From a virus: 64,000 bases of DNA. The notes below the pieces were generated by a model, which ran no database searches, was not told the origin of the DNA, and saw only the letters and a program-made list of their open reading frames with translations. A program made the position numbers and the translations under genes. Below are positions 49,659 through 58,954 of this stretch, piece after piece (the first letter of the stretch is position 1; each line of letters opens with the position of its first letter). The stretch spans positions 1-64,000 of the IMG/VR virus record IMGVR_UViG_3300010370_000029; one strand, written 5' to 3'.

Positions 49659-50173
49659 CAGTAGCAACAGCAGAGAGAATGGTTACTATGGTTAAATTGA
49701 CTTGGGCAGAATACTTCCGAAAAATCGCACATACAGTTAAACTGAAGTCGAAGGATAAGACTACCCAGATTGGTGCGGTTATTGTCGGTTCCAATAATGA
49801 AATCCGTTCTACGGGATACAATTCATTTCCACGTGGGATTGAAGATTTCCGTGAAGAACGGCAGGAACGTCCAGAGAAATATTATTGGATGGAACATGCT
49901 GAGCGAAATGCAATTATCAACGCCGCTCGTATTGGTGTATCAACCGACCGTTGTATTTTATTCCTAACGTGTGACATTCCATGCGTTGATTGCACTCGTG
50001 CGATTATCAATTCTGGAATCAAGATTATATTCTGTGAACGTGGTGAAGGGGCAAAGGGTGACCACTGGAACGAACATACCCAACGTAGTATACAGATGTT
50101 ACAAGAAGCAAAGTGCACCGTTCATTATTATGGTGAAATAAAACCTTTTATTAATATTGGTGAACTACAATGA
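49655..50173 (+). CDS. dCMP deaminase
   Basis: SKD..TQIGAVIV, STGYN.FPRG, HAERNAI, PCVDC. Confidence 0.93.
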   Translation: MTVATAERMVTMVKLTWAEYFRKIAHTVKLKSKDKTTQIGAVIVGSNNEIRSTGYNSFPRGIEDFREERQERPEKYYWMEHAERNAIINAARIGVSTDRCILFLTCDIPCVDCTRAIINSGIKIIFCERGEGAKGDHWNEHTQRSIQMLQEAKCTVHYYGEIKPFINIGELQ

Positions 50174-50403
50174 GTAACGGAAAAGGTGATAGCCCACGCC
50201 CGCTGAGCGTGGACGCTGAGACATATAAGAGCAATTGGGAACAAACATTTGGAAACACACCAGAAAAAGCACAAGCTCGTATATCAGAATCATTACACGA
50301 AATTCAACAAGAAATTAATCGACTCAGAGATATAGTTGATAACTGTGAATATAGCGGATTACCCAACACCTCATCATACGAGGTTCACGGTGAACCTTTA
50401 TAG
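50170..50403 (+). CDS. Hypothetical protein
   Basis: GKGDSPRP...Y..NWE..FG motif. Confidence 0.6.
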   Translation: MSNGKGDSPRPLSVDAETYKSNWEQTFGNTPEKAQARISESLHEIQQEINRLRDIVDNCEYSGLPNTSSYEVHGEPL

Positions 50404-50614
50404 AAATCGTAAAGTAGAAAAAACATCTAAAGGTTATCGGTATGTATTGTTACAAGATGCACCAAACTCTATTCATCTTACGATACAAGATGGAGACAAG
50501 GCAATCTATGACCATCTTGCTAATTTACAATCCGAAGAAGATTTAAACAATAGAATTTCCACATTAGAAACAGAATTCACCGCATGGGTAACCAAAAATG
50601 AAGCCATTAGTTAA
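50390..50614 (+). CDS. Hypothetical protein
   Basis: GTG start with GAGG RBS. Confidence 0.5.
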   Translation: MNLYRNRKVEKTSKGYRYVLLQDAPNSIHLTIQDGDKAIYDHLANLQSEEDLNNRISTLETEFTAWVTKNEAIS

Positions 50615-50927
50615 ATACCTCACCGAAGAAGATGCAATCGCCCGTGTAGGCAAGGGATGGGAGTCTCTTGTTCGTCGTGTTTATAATGCAAAGGTTGGGT
50701 TGGGGGTTCCTGTAGGAATTATCCAAGTAAAGGAAAAATGGGGTGGCCTTCGTATATATACTGAATATTACGTCCGTGAAATAGAAGATGTTATTACCGA
50801 AGTGGGACGAAAGAGTTTAGAGATTTGTGAACAATGTGGTTCTCCTGCGGGATTGGTGAAGAAGGGAACGTGGTATCAGACCCGATGCGAAGAGCACAGA
50901 GGCGATTGGACACCAGTAGAACAGTAA
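50598..50927 (+). CDS. Conserved-looking phage protein
   Basis: QVKEKWGGLRIY...S..ICEQCG.P......W..T.C..H. Confidence 0.7.
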   Translation: MKPLVKYLTEEDAIARVGKGWESLVRRVYNAKVGLGVPVGIIQVKEKWGGLRIYTEYYVREIEDVITEVGRKSLEICEQCGSPAGLVKKGTWYQTRCEEHRGDWTPVEQ

Positions 50928-50941
50928 TAATAGTTTATAAT

Positions 50942-50959
50942 AGACCCCGAAAGGGGTCT
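50942..50959 (+). terminator. GAAA-tetraloop hairpin abutting the next promoter
   Basis: AGACCCC-GAAA-GGGGTCT. Confidence 0.65.
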
Positions 50960-50987
50960 TGACTTTTACGCCTCATTTGAGTATATT
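50959..50987 (+). promoter_or_regulatory. sigma70-type promoter
   Basis: TTGACT-17-TATATT. Confidence 0.7.
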
Positions 50988-51015
50988 TCATGTGTCTATT
51001 ATCCAAAGGTTATTT

Positions 51016-51885
51016 ATGAACAAAGTATCGTACAGTCAGTATACAACGTGGGCAAATTGCCCAGAGTCTTGGCGCTTGAAGTATGTCGAGGGTCACAAGA
51101 TTGATGATTCCTCCATCCATACCATTTTTGGTACCGCCATGCACGAAGTCATTCAAGAGTGGCTCGACATTCTTTTCAACAAGAGTGAATCATTTGCAAA
51201 TGGTATAGACCTTGATGACAATCTAAAGACCAAGTTTCATGCGCTTTTCAAGGAAGCCGTCAAGGAAGTTGATGGGGTCAAGGTGTTTCCGTGTGACCGC
51301 CCAACATTAGAAGAGTTCTACCACCAAGGCACACAGATTTTGTCGTATGTTCAGGCGAATCAGAAGAAGCTGTTCCCGAATCAGAATACCACGCTTGTTG
51401 GCATCGAATATCCGATTGATGTAGAGGTTCGTCCCGGCGTGAAGTATGTGGGGTTCGTAGACATCGTTACGAAGAACGAACGGACAGAACTCATTACTCT
51501 TTATGATTTAAAGACCAGTCGTGCCGGATGGACGCAGGCACAGAAGTCCGACAAGACTAAGATTAGTCAGTTGCTTCTCTACAAGAAGTTTATCTCTGAG
51601 CATTTCAACGTACCGCTAGAATCGGTTCGAGTTGAGTATATTATTCTGAAGCGTACCATTTCTGAGAATTCTCCGTATCCGATTCCGCGTGTCAGTCCGT
51701 TCGAACCGCCGCACGGAAAGCCGTCAATCAATCGGGCATGGACAGACTTTGAGAATTTCTTGACAGATTGTTTCAACGAGTCTGGTCAGTATAAGACTGA
51801 TACGATTAAACATAAGGCAAGTAAGAGTGCCTGTAAGTATTGTGTATTCCGTGAACGTAAAGACCTTTGCAAGTACGGGGTGTAA
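51016..51885 (+). CDS. PD-(D/E)XK RecB/Cas4-like exonuclease
   Basis: SYSQ......CP, FGTAMH, GFVD, YDLKTS, QLLLY, C-terminal CKYC...C. Confidence 0.85.
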   Translation: MNKVSYSQYTTWANCPESWRLKYVEGHKIDDSSIHTIFGTAMHEVIQEWLDILFNKSESFANGIDLDDNLKTKFHALFKEAVKEVDGVKVFPCDRPTLEEFYHQGTQILSYVQANQKKLFPNQNTTLVGIEYPIDVEVRPGVKYVGFVDIVTKNERTELITLYDLKTSRAGWTQAQKSDKTKISQLLLYKKFISEHFNVPLESVRVEYIILKRTISENSPYPIPRVSPFEPPHGKPSINRAWTDFENFLTDCFNESGQYKTDTIKHKASKSACKYCVFRERKDLCKYGV

Positions 51886-51886
51886 A

Positions 51887-52497
51887 ATGGAAAACCCGAT
51901 GGTGAACTATAGCAAGATTATCGCTAATACGGCTAGTAACCATTACAATGTGCGGGATGAGTACAAGAACAATACAGTTGAACAGAATGTTGCCATCACG
52001 ATGAGTGAGCAACGCAGGTTTTCCGTGGGATGTATCAATATCACGGGGGAACTGAATATCGGAATGATGATTCGTTCGGCGTGTCTTTTAGGTGCAGAAA
52101 ACTTTTATATCTTTGGGCGAAAGAAATTTGATAGCGGTCTACCGTAGGTGCCGAGAAATACATTAATATCGTCCAATATAATTTTGATGACCCGATACAC
52201 GCTGACGAATCAATCAACGAACGGTTGGAATATCTGTTGAAGTGGAATAGTGTCGTATTGTGTGAACACGGTGGTACAGAGATTGGGTCACATAAGGCTC
52301 GTCTATTGTACAAGGAAGAACTGGAAAATCCGTTGTTTATCTTCGGTTCAGAAAGTCACGGATTACCTATCGCCGTTGCAGAGAATCCGCACTTCTACAA
52401 GATGTCCATTCCGCAACGTGGTGTTCTCAGGTCGTTCAATGTGAGTGCCGCGATGAACATCATCGTGTGGGATTATGTCAAGGAGATGTATCTGTGA
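51887..52497 (+). pseudogene. SpoU/TrmH-family RNA 2'-O-methyltransferase split by a 1-nt frameshift
   Basis: NIGMMIRSA..LGA in the first frame; RSTVGAEKY...FIFGSESHGL...SIPQRGVLRSFNVSAA in the -1 frame; break at about 52133. Confidence 0.8.
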
Positions 52498-52892
52498 AGA
52501 AACGTTATAAGCAAATGATTGATACCCGTCGAGTGTATCAACTTGAAACAGATATGTACTATGACCGCCGTTTTGCGTATATCACGAAGCAACGGTCATT
52601 GGGTTATCTGGTACGATATGCCAAGAAGATTTGGAAGGCGGAGAAGATTAAAAAGGAAATACCTCTTATCCGATTCGGTAAGGGGTTGCAGAAGTATAGT
52701 TGGTGTGATGGGGAGATATTAGAACTTGCCCCAACCCAACGGGACATCTTGACTCTCATACATGAGTTGGTTCATGCGATTGGATATGATGACCACGATA
52801 AGAACTTTGCGGCAAAAGAGTTGGTCTTACTTGCGAAGTATACCTCTGTGAAGGTTGACGCATTACATGAAATGTTTGAGGTTATGATATGA
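52494..52892 (+). CDS. Putative zinc metallopeptidase-fold protein
   Basis: LIHELVH....DH...F; GTGA-coupled with AGGAG RBS. Confidence 0.6.
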   Translation: MKKRYKQMIDTRRVYQLETDMYYDRRFAYITKQRSLGYLVRYAKKIWKAEKIKKEIPLIRFGKGLQKYSWCDGEILELAPTQRDILTLIHELVHAIGYDDHDKNFAAKELVLLAKYTSVKVDALHEMFEVMI

Positions 52893-53158
52893 TGAAGAAG
52901 TTAAAGGAAGCATCAGTACTGTTCTTTATCCAGATATTGAGTTATTCTATCTGGTGTATTAACTTTCGTGCTGTTGCCGATACCCATTACCACACAGCGG
53001 CAGTAAGTGATTTCTTAATCGCTTCTATTCAGTTCTTTGTGATTCGTAAGATTGCACACGGACAAGACCAATTCCACCAATGGGCAGGATATGCACTTGG
53101 GTCGGTGGTCGGAAGTTATGTAGGGATCTGGATTTCGGCAACCTTCCTCGGGGGATAA
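52889..53158 (+). CDS. Small multi-pass membrane protein
   Basis: Three hydrophobic segments; YALGSVVGSYVGI. Confidence 0.6.
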   Translation: MMKKLKEASVLFFIQILSYSIWCINFRAVADTHYHTAAVSDFLIASIQFFVIRKIAHGQDQFHQWAGYALGSVVGSYVGIWISATFLGG

Positions 53159-53159
53159 G

Positions 53160-53315
53160 ATGGATATCTTTGTCGCAATAGGAATAATATTACTTGCAAT
53201 ATTTTTGACCCGTTGGATTATGGGTCCAAGTTATTGTATATGTCCATATTGCGGTCATACAATACGTCCATATGTAGTTCATAAGTGTAAGGGTCACAGA
53301 GTTACGTGTAAGTAA
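53160..53315 (+). CDS. 51-aa membrane-anchored Cys-rich protein (not in ORF track)
   Basis: MDIFVAIGIILLAIFLTRWIMG...CPYCGH...HKC. Confidence 0.5.
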   Translation: MDIFVAIGIILLAIFLTRWIMGPSYCICPYCGHTIRPYVVHKCKGHRVTCK

Positions 53316-53324
53316 GGAGACAGT

Positions 53325-53558
53325 ATGCCCCGTAAAAAGAAATTGGAACGTGTAGATTCGCTACGGTTGGACTTCAACGGAAAAATGCTCATACTGATTG
53401 ATACTGATGAGTGGGGTCCGATTGAATTTAACGTGAACGATAAGGAAACCGTACTGGAAGTCATGCGGACATTAATTAACTGTAGCGATAATAATTGGTC
53501 AGTTGATTCGTATACTAAGACTGAAGCAAAGAAACTTAAAAAGATGGTAGACAAATGA
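53325..53558 (+). CDS. Hypothetical protein
   Basis: AAGGAG RBS. Confidence 0.6.
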   Translation: MPRKKKLERVDSLRLDFNGKMLILIDTDEWGPIEFNVNDKETVLEVMRTLINCSDNNWSVDSYTKTEAKKLKKMVDK

Positions 53559-54220
53559 ATTTACTATTAGGCGATATTCACGGGAATGCTGGAGTATTAA
53601 AAGAAGCGATAGCAGTCGCTAAAGAAGCACACGCTACCTCTATTGTTCAGCTTGGAGACTTTGGGTTGTTCCCAGATACCGAAGCGTGGTTCCGTGAAAA
53701 TACAAAAGATGCACATATTCCAATTTATTTTATTGATGGGAATCACGACGATTGCCAACGCTGGGTAGAGTGTGACACCATAACCCAAGTATGGGATGAC
53801 CGTAATTTGTTTTACATTCCACGCGGTACCGTAATGGAGTTAGACCATAGAACGGTCGCCGTGATGGGCGGGGCGTCTAGTATTAATAAGGCTTGGCTAC
53901 TTCGTGATGGGCAGCATTGGGATGCAAACGAGGATATCACAGAAGCTCAGATTTCTCGTTTATTGAAGAATGCTGAAGGGAAAACGATTGATATGTTTTT
54001 TACTCATTGTCCACCACATTCAGTTATCCAACAAAACTTTGACCCGCTATGGAAGTTACACTTTGAAGTGAGCATTGACTGGACTGACCCAAATCAACTT
54101 ATCATAGAGGATTTGTGGCATAAATTGGGTACTACTGACATATACTCTGGGCATATGCATAAACGGGTGCAGGGTATAAATTATAGAATTGTAAATATAA
54201 ATGAGCTTTTGGCAGTTTAA
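53555..54220 (+). CDS. Calcineurin-like metallophosphoesterase
   Basis: GDIHG, LGDFG, DGNHD, THCPP, SGHMH. Confidence 0.9.
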   Translation: MNLLLGDIHGNAGVLKEAIAVAKEAHATSIVQLGDFGLFPDTEAWFRENTKDAHIPIYFIDGNHDDCQRWVECDTITQVWDDRNLFYIPRGTVMELDHRTVAVMGGASSINKAWLLRDGQHWDANEDITEAQISRLLKNAEGKTIDMFFTHCPPHSVIQQNFDPLWKLHFEVSIDWTDPNQLIIEDLWHKLGTTDIYSGHMHKRVQGINYRIVNINELLAV

Positions 54221-54231
54221 GATGATACTTA

Positions 54232-54249
54232 TCTATAGAATTCTATAGA
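54232..54249. promoter_or_regulatory. 18-bp perfect palindrome, candidate operator
   Basis: TCTATAGAATTCTATAGA directly after TACTTAT. Confidence 0.5.
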
Positions 54250-54261
54250 AAGGTAATTGTT

Positions 54262-54429
54262 ATGGCTAAAAAGAAAATCAACAAAAATACTACCATTCAA
54301 GTTAAGACTGATATCTACGAACACGTTAAGCAGTTCTGTAGTCAACGTGGGATGCTTATTTCCTCACAAACAGAATTCTTGTGGGTTAATCTGATATCAT
54401 CTAGTATGAGCGGCAGTATTTCTTTATAA
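54262..54429 (+). CDS. 55-aa ribbon-helix-helix-like protein (not in ORF track)
   Basis: TTIQVKTDIYEHVKQFCSQRGMLIS pattern. Confidence 0.55.
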   Translation: MAKKKINKNTTIQVKTDIYEHVKQFCSQRGMLISSQTEFLWVNLISSSMSGSISL

Positions 54430-54431
54430 GG

Positions 54432-55835
54432 ATGAAATATATGAGACAAGGTTATTTACCAAAAAATGAACGCAAGAAAATCCTCCTACTCTCGGATGAC
54501 CTACGGGTTACATCTGGCGTAGGAGTAATGTCAAGAGAAATAGTCGAAGGTACTTGCCATCGGTATAATTGGATACAAGTTGGTGCAGGCGTAAACCATC
54601 CCGATGCCGGCAAAATCCTAGACCTTTCAGAAGCACTAAAGAGTGAAGTGGGAGTAGATGACCCCTATGTTCGCATTTATCCATATAACGGATATGGTGA
54701 TAGTCGGTTGATTCGCACATTAATTGAAACAGAAAAGCCAGATGCTATTCTGCACTTCACCGACCCCCGCTATTGGATTTGGCTCTACCAGATGGAACAC
54801 GAACTCCGTCAAAAGATGCCGCTGATGTATTACAACATTTGGGACGACCTTCCATATCCTATGTACAATCAAGGGTATTATATGTCGTGCGATTCACTAT
54901 TCTCAATTAGTAAGCAGACATATAATATTAACAAGCAAGTACTCGGACCACGGAACCCGCGGCATCTTGCTTATATCCCACACGGCATTAACACCAAGCG
55001 GTATCACTCACTTCCAGTTGATGACGCTGGTATGTTGGAAACTCGTAAGAAGTTATTTGGTGAAGCCGAAGTCGATTATGTTATCTTCTATAATAGTCGG
55101 AACATTCGCCGGAAGCAGACATCGGATATCATCTACGCCTTCAAGGTATTTATGTCGAAGCTCACACCAGAGCAACGTGAAAAAGTACGCTTAGTTCTCC
55201 ATACACAGCCCGTGGATGACAACGGGACGGATTTACCAGCGGTCATTCGGGATGTGACGCCTGAAGTGCAGAAGTATATCATATTCTCTGCTGATAGAGT
55301 GGAAGCAGGATTCCTCAACCATCTGTATAATATCGCTGACGTATCTATCAATATGTCCAGTAACGAAGGATTCGGATTGGGTACGTGTGAAAGTATTGTG
55401 GCAGGTACTCCTATCATTGTCAACGTGACCGGTGGATTACAAGACCAATGTGGATTTATGGACGAGGAAGGAAACTACCTTGACCCAGATAAGCATTTCA
55501 CCTACGAATGGGGTAGCAATCACGATGGTCGGTACAAGAAGCACGGGGAATGGGCGTTCCCAATGTTCCCATCGAATCGCTCATTACAAGGGTCACCGTT
55601 GACTCCATATATCTTCGACGACCGTGCCTCGTTCGAAGACGCAGCAGACCGTATGATGGAAGTCTATAATATGTCACGTGAAGAACGTAAGCGCCGTGGT
55701 GAGCTCGGCCGTCAGTACGCTTTGGGAGCTGGTCAATTTACCGCAGAACGTATGTGTGAATTGTTTATAGAAAATATTGATAAGGGATTCCAAGAATGGG
55801 TTCCAAGAAGTAAGTTTGAATTAGTTAAGGCATAA
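54432..55835 (+). CDS. GT4-like glycosyltransferase
   Basis: ILLLSDD, YIPHGIN, NSRNIRRK, SSNEGFGL...ES...GTPII...TGGLQD. Confidence 0.88.
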   Translation: MKYMRQGYLPKNERKKILLLSDDLRVTSGVGVMSREIVEGTCHRYNWIQVGAGVNHPDAGKILDLSEALKSEVGVDDPYVRIYPYNGYGDSRLIRTLIETEKPDAILHFTDPRYWIWLYQMEHELRQKMPLMYYNIWDDLPYPMYNQGYYMSCDSLFSISKQTYNINKQVLGPRNPRHLAYIPHGINTKRYHSLPVDDAGMLETRKKLFGEAEVDYVIFYNSRNIRRKQTSDIIYAFKVFMSKLTPEQREKVRLVLHTQPVDDNGTDLPAVIRDVTPEVQKYIIFSADRVEAGFLNHLYNIADVSINMSSNEGFGLGTCESIVAGTPIIVNVTGGLQDQCGFMDEEGNYLDPDKHFTYEWGSNHDGRYKKHGEWAFPMFPSNRSLQGSPLTPYIFDDRASFEDAADRMMEVYNMSREERKRRGELGRQYALGAGQFTAERMCELFIENIDKGFQEWVPRSKFELVKA

Positions 55836-55860
55836 TAATTTTTACGATAGAGAGTATATT

Positions 55861-57192
55861 ATGAATACCGAAGTTAAACCGTTATGTATAGTCCGTGCTC
55901 CATGCGCCACCCGTTCTGGTTACGGAGATATGAGTCGTGACATCATCCGACATCTTATTGAATATGATAAGTATGATGTTAAGGTTATCTCTGTGAATTG
56001 GGGTGAGACTCCAATGAACGCACTGAATCCAGATAATCCAAAGGATAAGATGATTATTGACCGTATCCTTACTCAAAATCTTATTCAAAAGCCAGACTTG
56101 TTTGTTACGATTACCATTCCTACAGAATTTGAAGCGTTAGGTAAATATAATATCGGTATCACGGCTGGTATCGAAACCACTGCCGCCTCTGCTCAATGGG
56201 TTGATGCTTGTAACCGAATGGATGCCGTGTTTACTATATCTGAGCATTCTAAGAATGTACTCCTTACTTCAAAGTATATGAGAACGGGCCCAAATGGAGA
56301 AAAGTTGGGTACACTTGAAGTAACCAAGCCAATCGAAGTTTTACATAATTGTATAGACCAATCAATTATGAAGAAGTTGGAATACGAAGCTGATATTCTT
56401 CCTTCGATTAAAACCGTGATGGAAACCATACCAGAAAAGTTCTGTTATCTTTTCGTTGGTCATTGGCTCCGTGGGGACTTTGGAGAAGATAGAAAGAATG
56501 TATCATTCTTGGTACGGGTATTCCTTGAAACATTTAAGCAAACCAAGGTAGCACCCCCGGCTCTTATTCTAAAGACCAGTGGTGGTGGGTTCTCCATTCT
56601 TGATAAGCGAGAAATGTTGAATAAGATAGACACTATCCGTAAGCAAGTAGTATTAGAAGAAGGTCAACCTATGCCAAATATTTATTTATTGCATGGTGAA
56701 TTGACCGATGATGAAATGAATTCGTTGTATAATCACCCGAAGGTAAAGGCACACGTTAGTTTGACGAAGGGCGAAGGGTTTGGTCGTCCATTACTTGAAG
56801 CATCTATTAGTGGTAAGCCAGTTATCGCTTCGGGCTGGAGTGGTCATATGGACTTTTTAAACCCAGAAGATGCTGTACTGGTCGGCGGTGAACTTAAGCC
56901 TATCCACGAAAGTTCAGTATGGGATAATGTCTTGATTAAGGAATCGTCTTGGTTCGCTCCAGACTTACAACAGTCTGCTAATGCACTCGCTGCAGTCTTT
57001 ATGGAATATGATGCGTTCCATAAGAGAGCAAAGAAGTTGGGGAAGGAAAACTTTAAGAAGTTCTCCTACAAGGCAATTCAAAAGCGTACGTGGGAACTCC
57101 TCGACAAGTACGTACCAGAATTCCCTAAGCAAGTTCAATTGGTTTTACCGAAGTTAAAAAAGATTGAATTACCCAAAAAGCAAGGTGAATAA
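55861..57192 (+). CDS. GT4-like glycosyltransferase
   Basis: SGYG, DRKN, KGEGFGRPLLEA..SGKPVIASGWSGH.DF. Confidence 0.88.
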   Translation: MNTEVKPLCIVRAPCATRSGYGDMSRDIIRHLIEYDKYDVKVISVNWGETPMNALNPDNPKDKMIIDRILTQNLIQKPDLFVTITIPTEFEALGKYNIGITAGIETTAASAQWVDACNRMDAVFTISEHSKNVLLTSKYMRTGPNGEKLGTLEVTKPIEVLHNCIDQSIMKKLEYEADILPSIKTVMETIPEKFCYLFVGHWLRGDFGEDRKNVSFLVRVFLETFKQTKVAPPALILKTSGGGFSILDKREMLNKIDTIRKQVVLEEGQPMPNIYLLHGELTDDEMNSLYNHPKVKAHVSLTKGEGFGRPLLEASISGKPVIASGWSGHMDFLNPEDAVLVGGELKPIHESSVWDNVLIKESSWFAPDLQQSANALAAVFMEYDAFHKRAKKLGKENFKKFSYKAIQKRTWELLDKYVPEFPKQVQLVLPKLKKIELPKKQGE

Positions 57193-57596
57193 TGCCACTA
57201 CGTAGTGAACGCAGATTTATCAGTCTCAGTAACGTACAATCTGGGATGATGATTCAATTTAACTACTCCAAGAAGTCCGGTGGGAGCGGTCAGTATGTTG
57301 TATTGGTCGTAGACCCGAATCGTAAAAATGACCGAGCTACGGAACCACAACTACACGGGTTCGTCATAGATGAATTGTCTGACACTGAATTGCTAGAATT
57401 CTTTGCATCTTTTCGTAAGAGTACTTCTCTGGACTATGAAGATAGAAAGAAGAGTGTGGTCGAGGGATTAAACACAGATGAAGCATACGAAACATTTGCG
57501 GCGTCGAAGTATGTTAAAGACCGCTCATACAGAACATTTAATTTAAGTGGGATGACTCAAGTACGTCAGATTTTGATTGGTTCAGTTGAAGATTAG
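57192..57596 (+). CDS. Hypothetical protein
   Basis: TAATG-coupled to the glycosyltransferase. Confidence 0.55.
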   Translation: MPLRSERRFISLSNVQSGMMIQFNYSKKSGGSGQYVVLVVDPNRKNDRATEPQLHGFVIDELSDTELLEFFASFRKSTSLDYEDRKKSVVEGLNTDEAYETFAASKYVKDRSYRTFNLSGMTQVRQILIGSVED

Positions 57597-57630
57597 TCTA
57601 TTTATAGATATACCCTTTAACGGTACCGAC

Positions 57631-57774
57631 ATGCTGAATTCTGATAAGGAACGACCAAAGAAGTTTCCGATTTTAGATTTAGATGTATTGACTGAAAAGA
57701 AAACTTGGTGGGTGGTCTGGGAATATATTTTCTCTGGAAAACTCCGCCAACCGGATGATATAGATAAAAGTTGA
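57631..57774 (+). CDS. Small hypothetical protein
   Basis: ATG about 25 nt after a TATTTAT motif. Confidence 0.4.
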   Translation: MLNSDKERPKKFPILDLDVLTEKKTWWVVWEYIFSGKLRQPDDIDKS

Positions 57775-57781
57775 GAGTGTT

Positions 57782-58069
57782 ATGATTGATGAGAACGAGC
57801 AGATATGTCCACAAGAGGATTGTGTACCTGCGGAAGAGCTACCTTCGGTTATGCAGATGGCAAAGAATTTGTTTAACGATGGTAGTAAAATCGTTGGTAA
57901 TGCAGTAAAAGGAAATAAAACGTTAGTTGAGGATGTGGTTCGTAACGAGCGATGGTCTACTTGTTTGAGTTGTCCTAAACTAAAAAATGATAGATGCGTG
58001 GAGTGTGGATGCTTTATGAAGGTTAAAGTGGCGTTCGTCACCTCCAAATGTCCAATAAATAATTGGTAA
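57782..58069 (+). CDS. Cys-rich protein (DUF6171-like)
   Basis: R...CLSC......CVECGCFM..K......CP...W. Confidence 0.7.
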   Translation: MIDENEQICPQEDCVPAEELPSVMQMAKNLFNDGSKIVGNAVKGNKTLVEDVVRNERWSTCLSCPKLKNDRCVECGCFMKVKVAFVTSKCPINNW

Positions 58070-58075
58070 TATATT

Positions 58076-58954
58076 ATGAAAAAGGTTACATTTATATATG
58101 CGTACGAGCCGACTGAAGTTTGGTCTACGCCGTTGTCCTTGATTGAAGAATTCAAGGGCAGAGGATGGGAGGTTGAGATAGTATCCATAGGAAGTAATCG
58201 CACGGGTATCTATCACGATAACAATCTCCGTGAATGGGTAGAGTCCAAGCCGCACACTGATATGGTATTATTTATGGATTGGGGACGGTTTGATTCCCCA
58301 TATTTAAATAAGGACTTGGTTCCCGCTGTGTGGGTACAAGAAAGTGGAGATGACCCACAGAATTATGCTAGAAATTTTCCCAAAGCATCCAGATTCCACT
58401 TAACACTTACTCCTGATTATACTTCCTATCAATCCTACACAGTGGCTGGTATTAATGCTCTGTGGTGGACACATTTTGCGGATACCAGACTCCACGTTCC
58501 TATGGATGTGGATATAGAGTACATAGCCGTTACTAGTCGTGGATTAGGCGGCAGTCAATTCCTTGACCATCTTACTCACCATTCGGATGGCATGATTGGT
58601 AATAAAAACGGTATGATTGGTATAGAACATACTAAATTCCTACAAAGTGGCTTGATGGTAGTACAAAACAGCCGTTGGGGAGAAGTTACCCGTCGTCTCT
58701 TTGAAGCTATGGCGTGCGGCAGAATGGTATTAACGGATAGATTAGATACCTCACGTAAATTAGATGAATTATTTACAGATAAGGTAGATATCGTATATTA
58801 CAATGATATGGCGGATTGTATCAACTTAATGAACTATTATGCAGAGAATCACGAAGAACGTGAGGCTATAGCACAACGTGGTAGACTTAAAGTTTTGAAC
58901 GGACATACGCAGGTTCAGCGGGTAGACACGTTACTGAGGGCTGTCGGGTTATGA
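58076..58954 (+). CDS. CgeB-like GT-B glycosyltransferase
   Basis: RLFEAMACG..VLTD, LF...DIVYY, RE.IA..G...V...HT...R. Confidence 0.8.
   Translation: MKKVTFIYAYEPTEVWSTPLSLIEEFKGRGWEVEIVSIGSNRTGIYHDNNLREWVESKPHTDMVLFMDWGRFDSPYLNKDLVPAVWVQESGDDPQNYARNFPKASRFHLTLTPDYTSYQSYTVAGINALWWTHFADTRLHVPMDVDIEYIAVTSRGLGGSQFLDHLTHHSDGMIGNKNGMIGIEHTKFLQSGLMVVQNSRWGEVTRRLFEAMACGRMVLTDRLDTSRKLDELFTDKVDIVYYNDMADCINLMNYYAENHEEREAIAQRGRLKVLNGHTQVQRVDTLLRAVGL

Noticed and set aside
51016-51885. Cas4-like gene as part of a CRISPR-Cas system
   Set aside because: No other cas genes or array; solo Cas4/RecB-like nucleases are common in phages.
52120-52147. Programmed -1 frameshift in the TrmH-like gene
   Set aside because: AAATTT is out of phase for a slippery heptamer, and the -1 frame has TAG at 52132-52134 immediately after it; a 1-nt deletion fits better.
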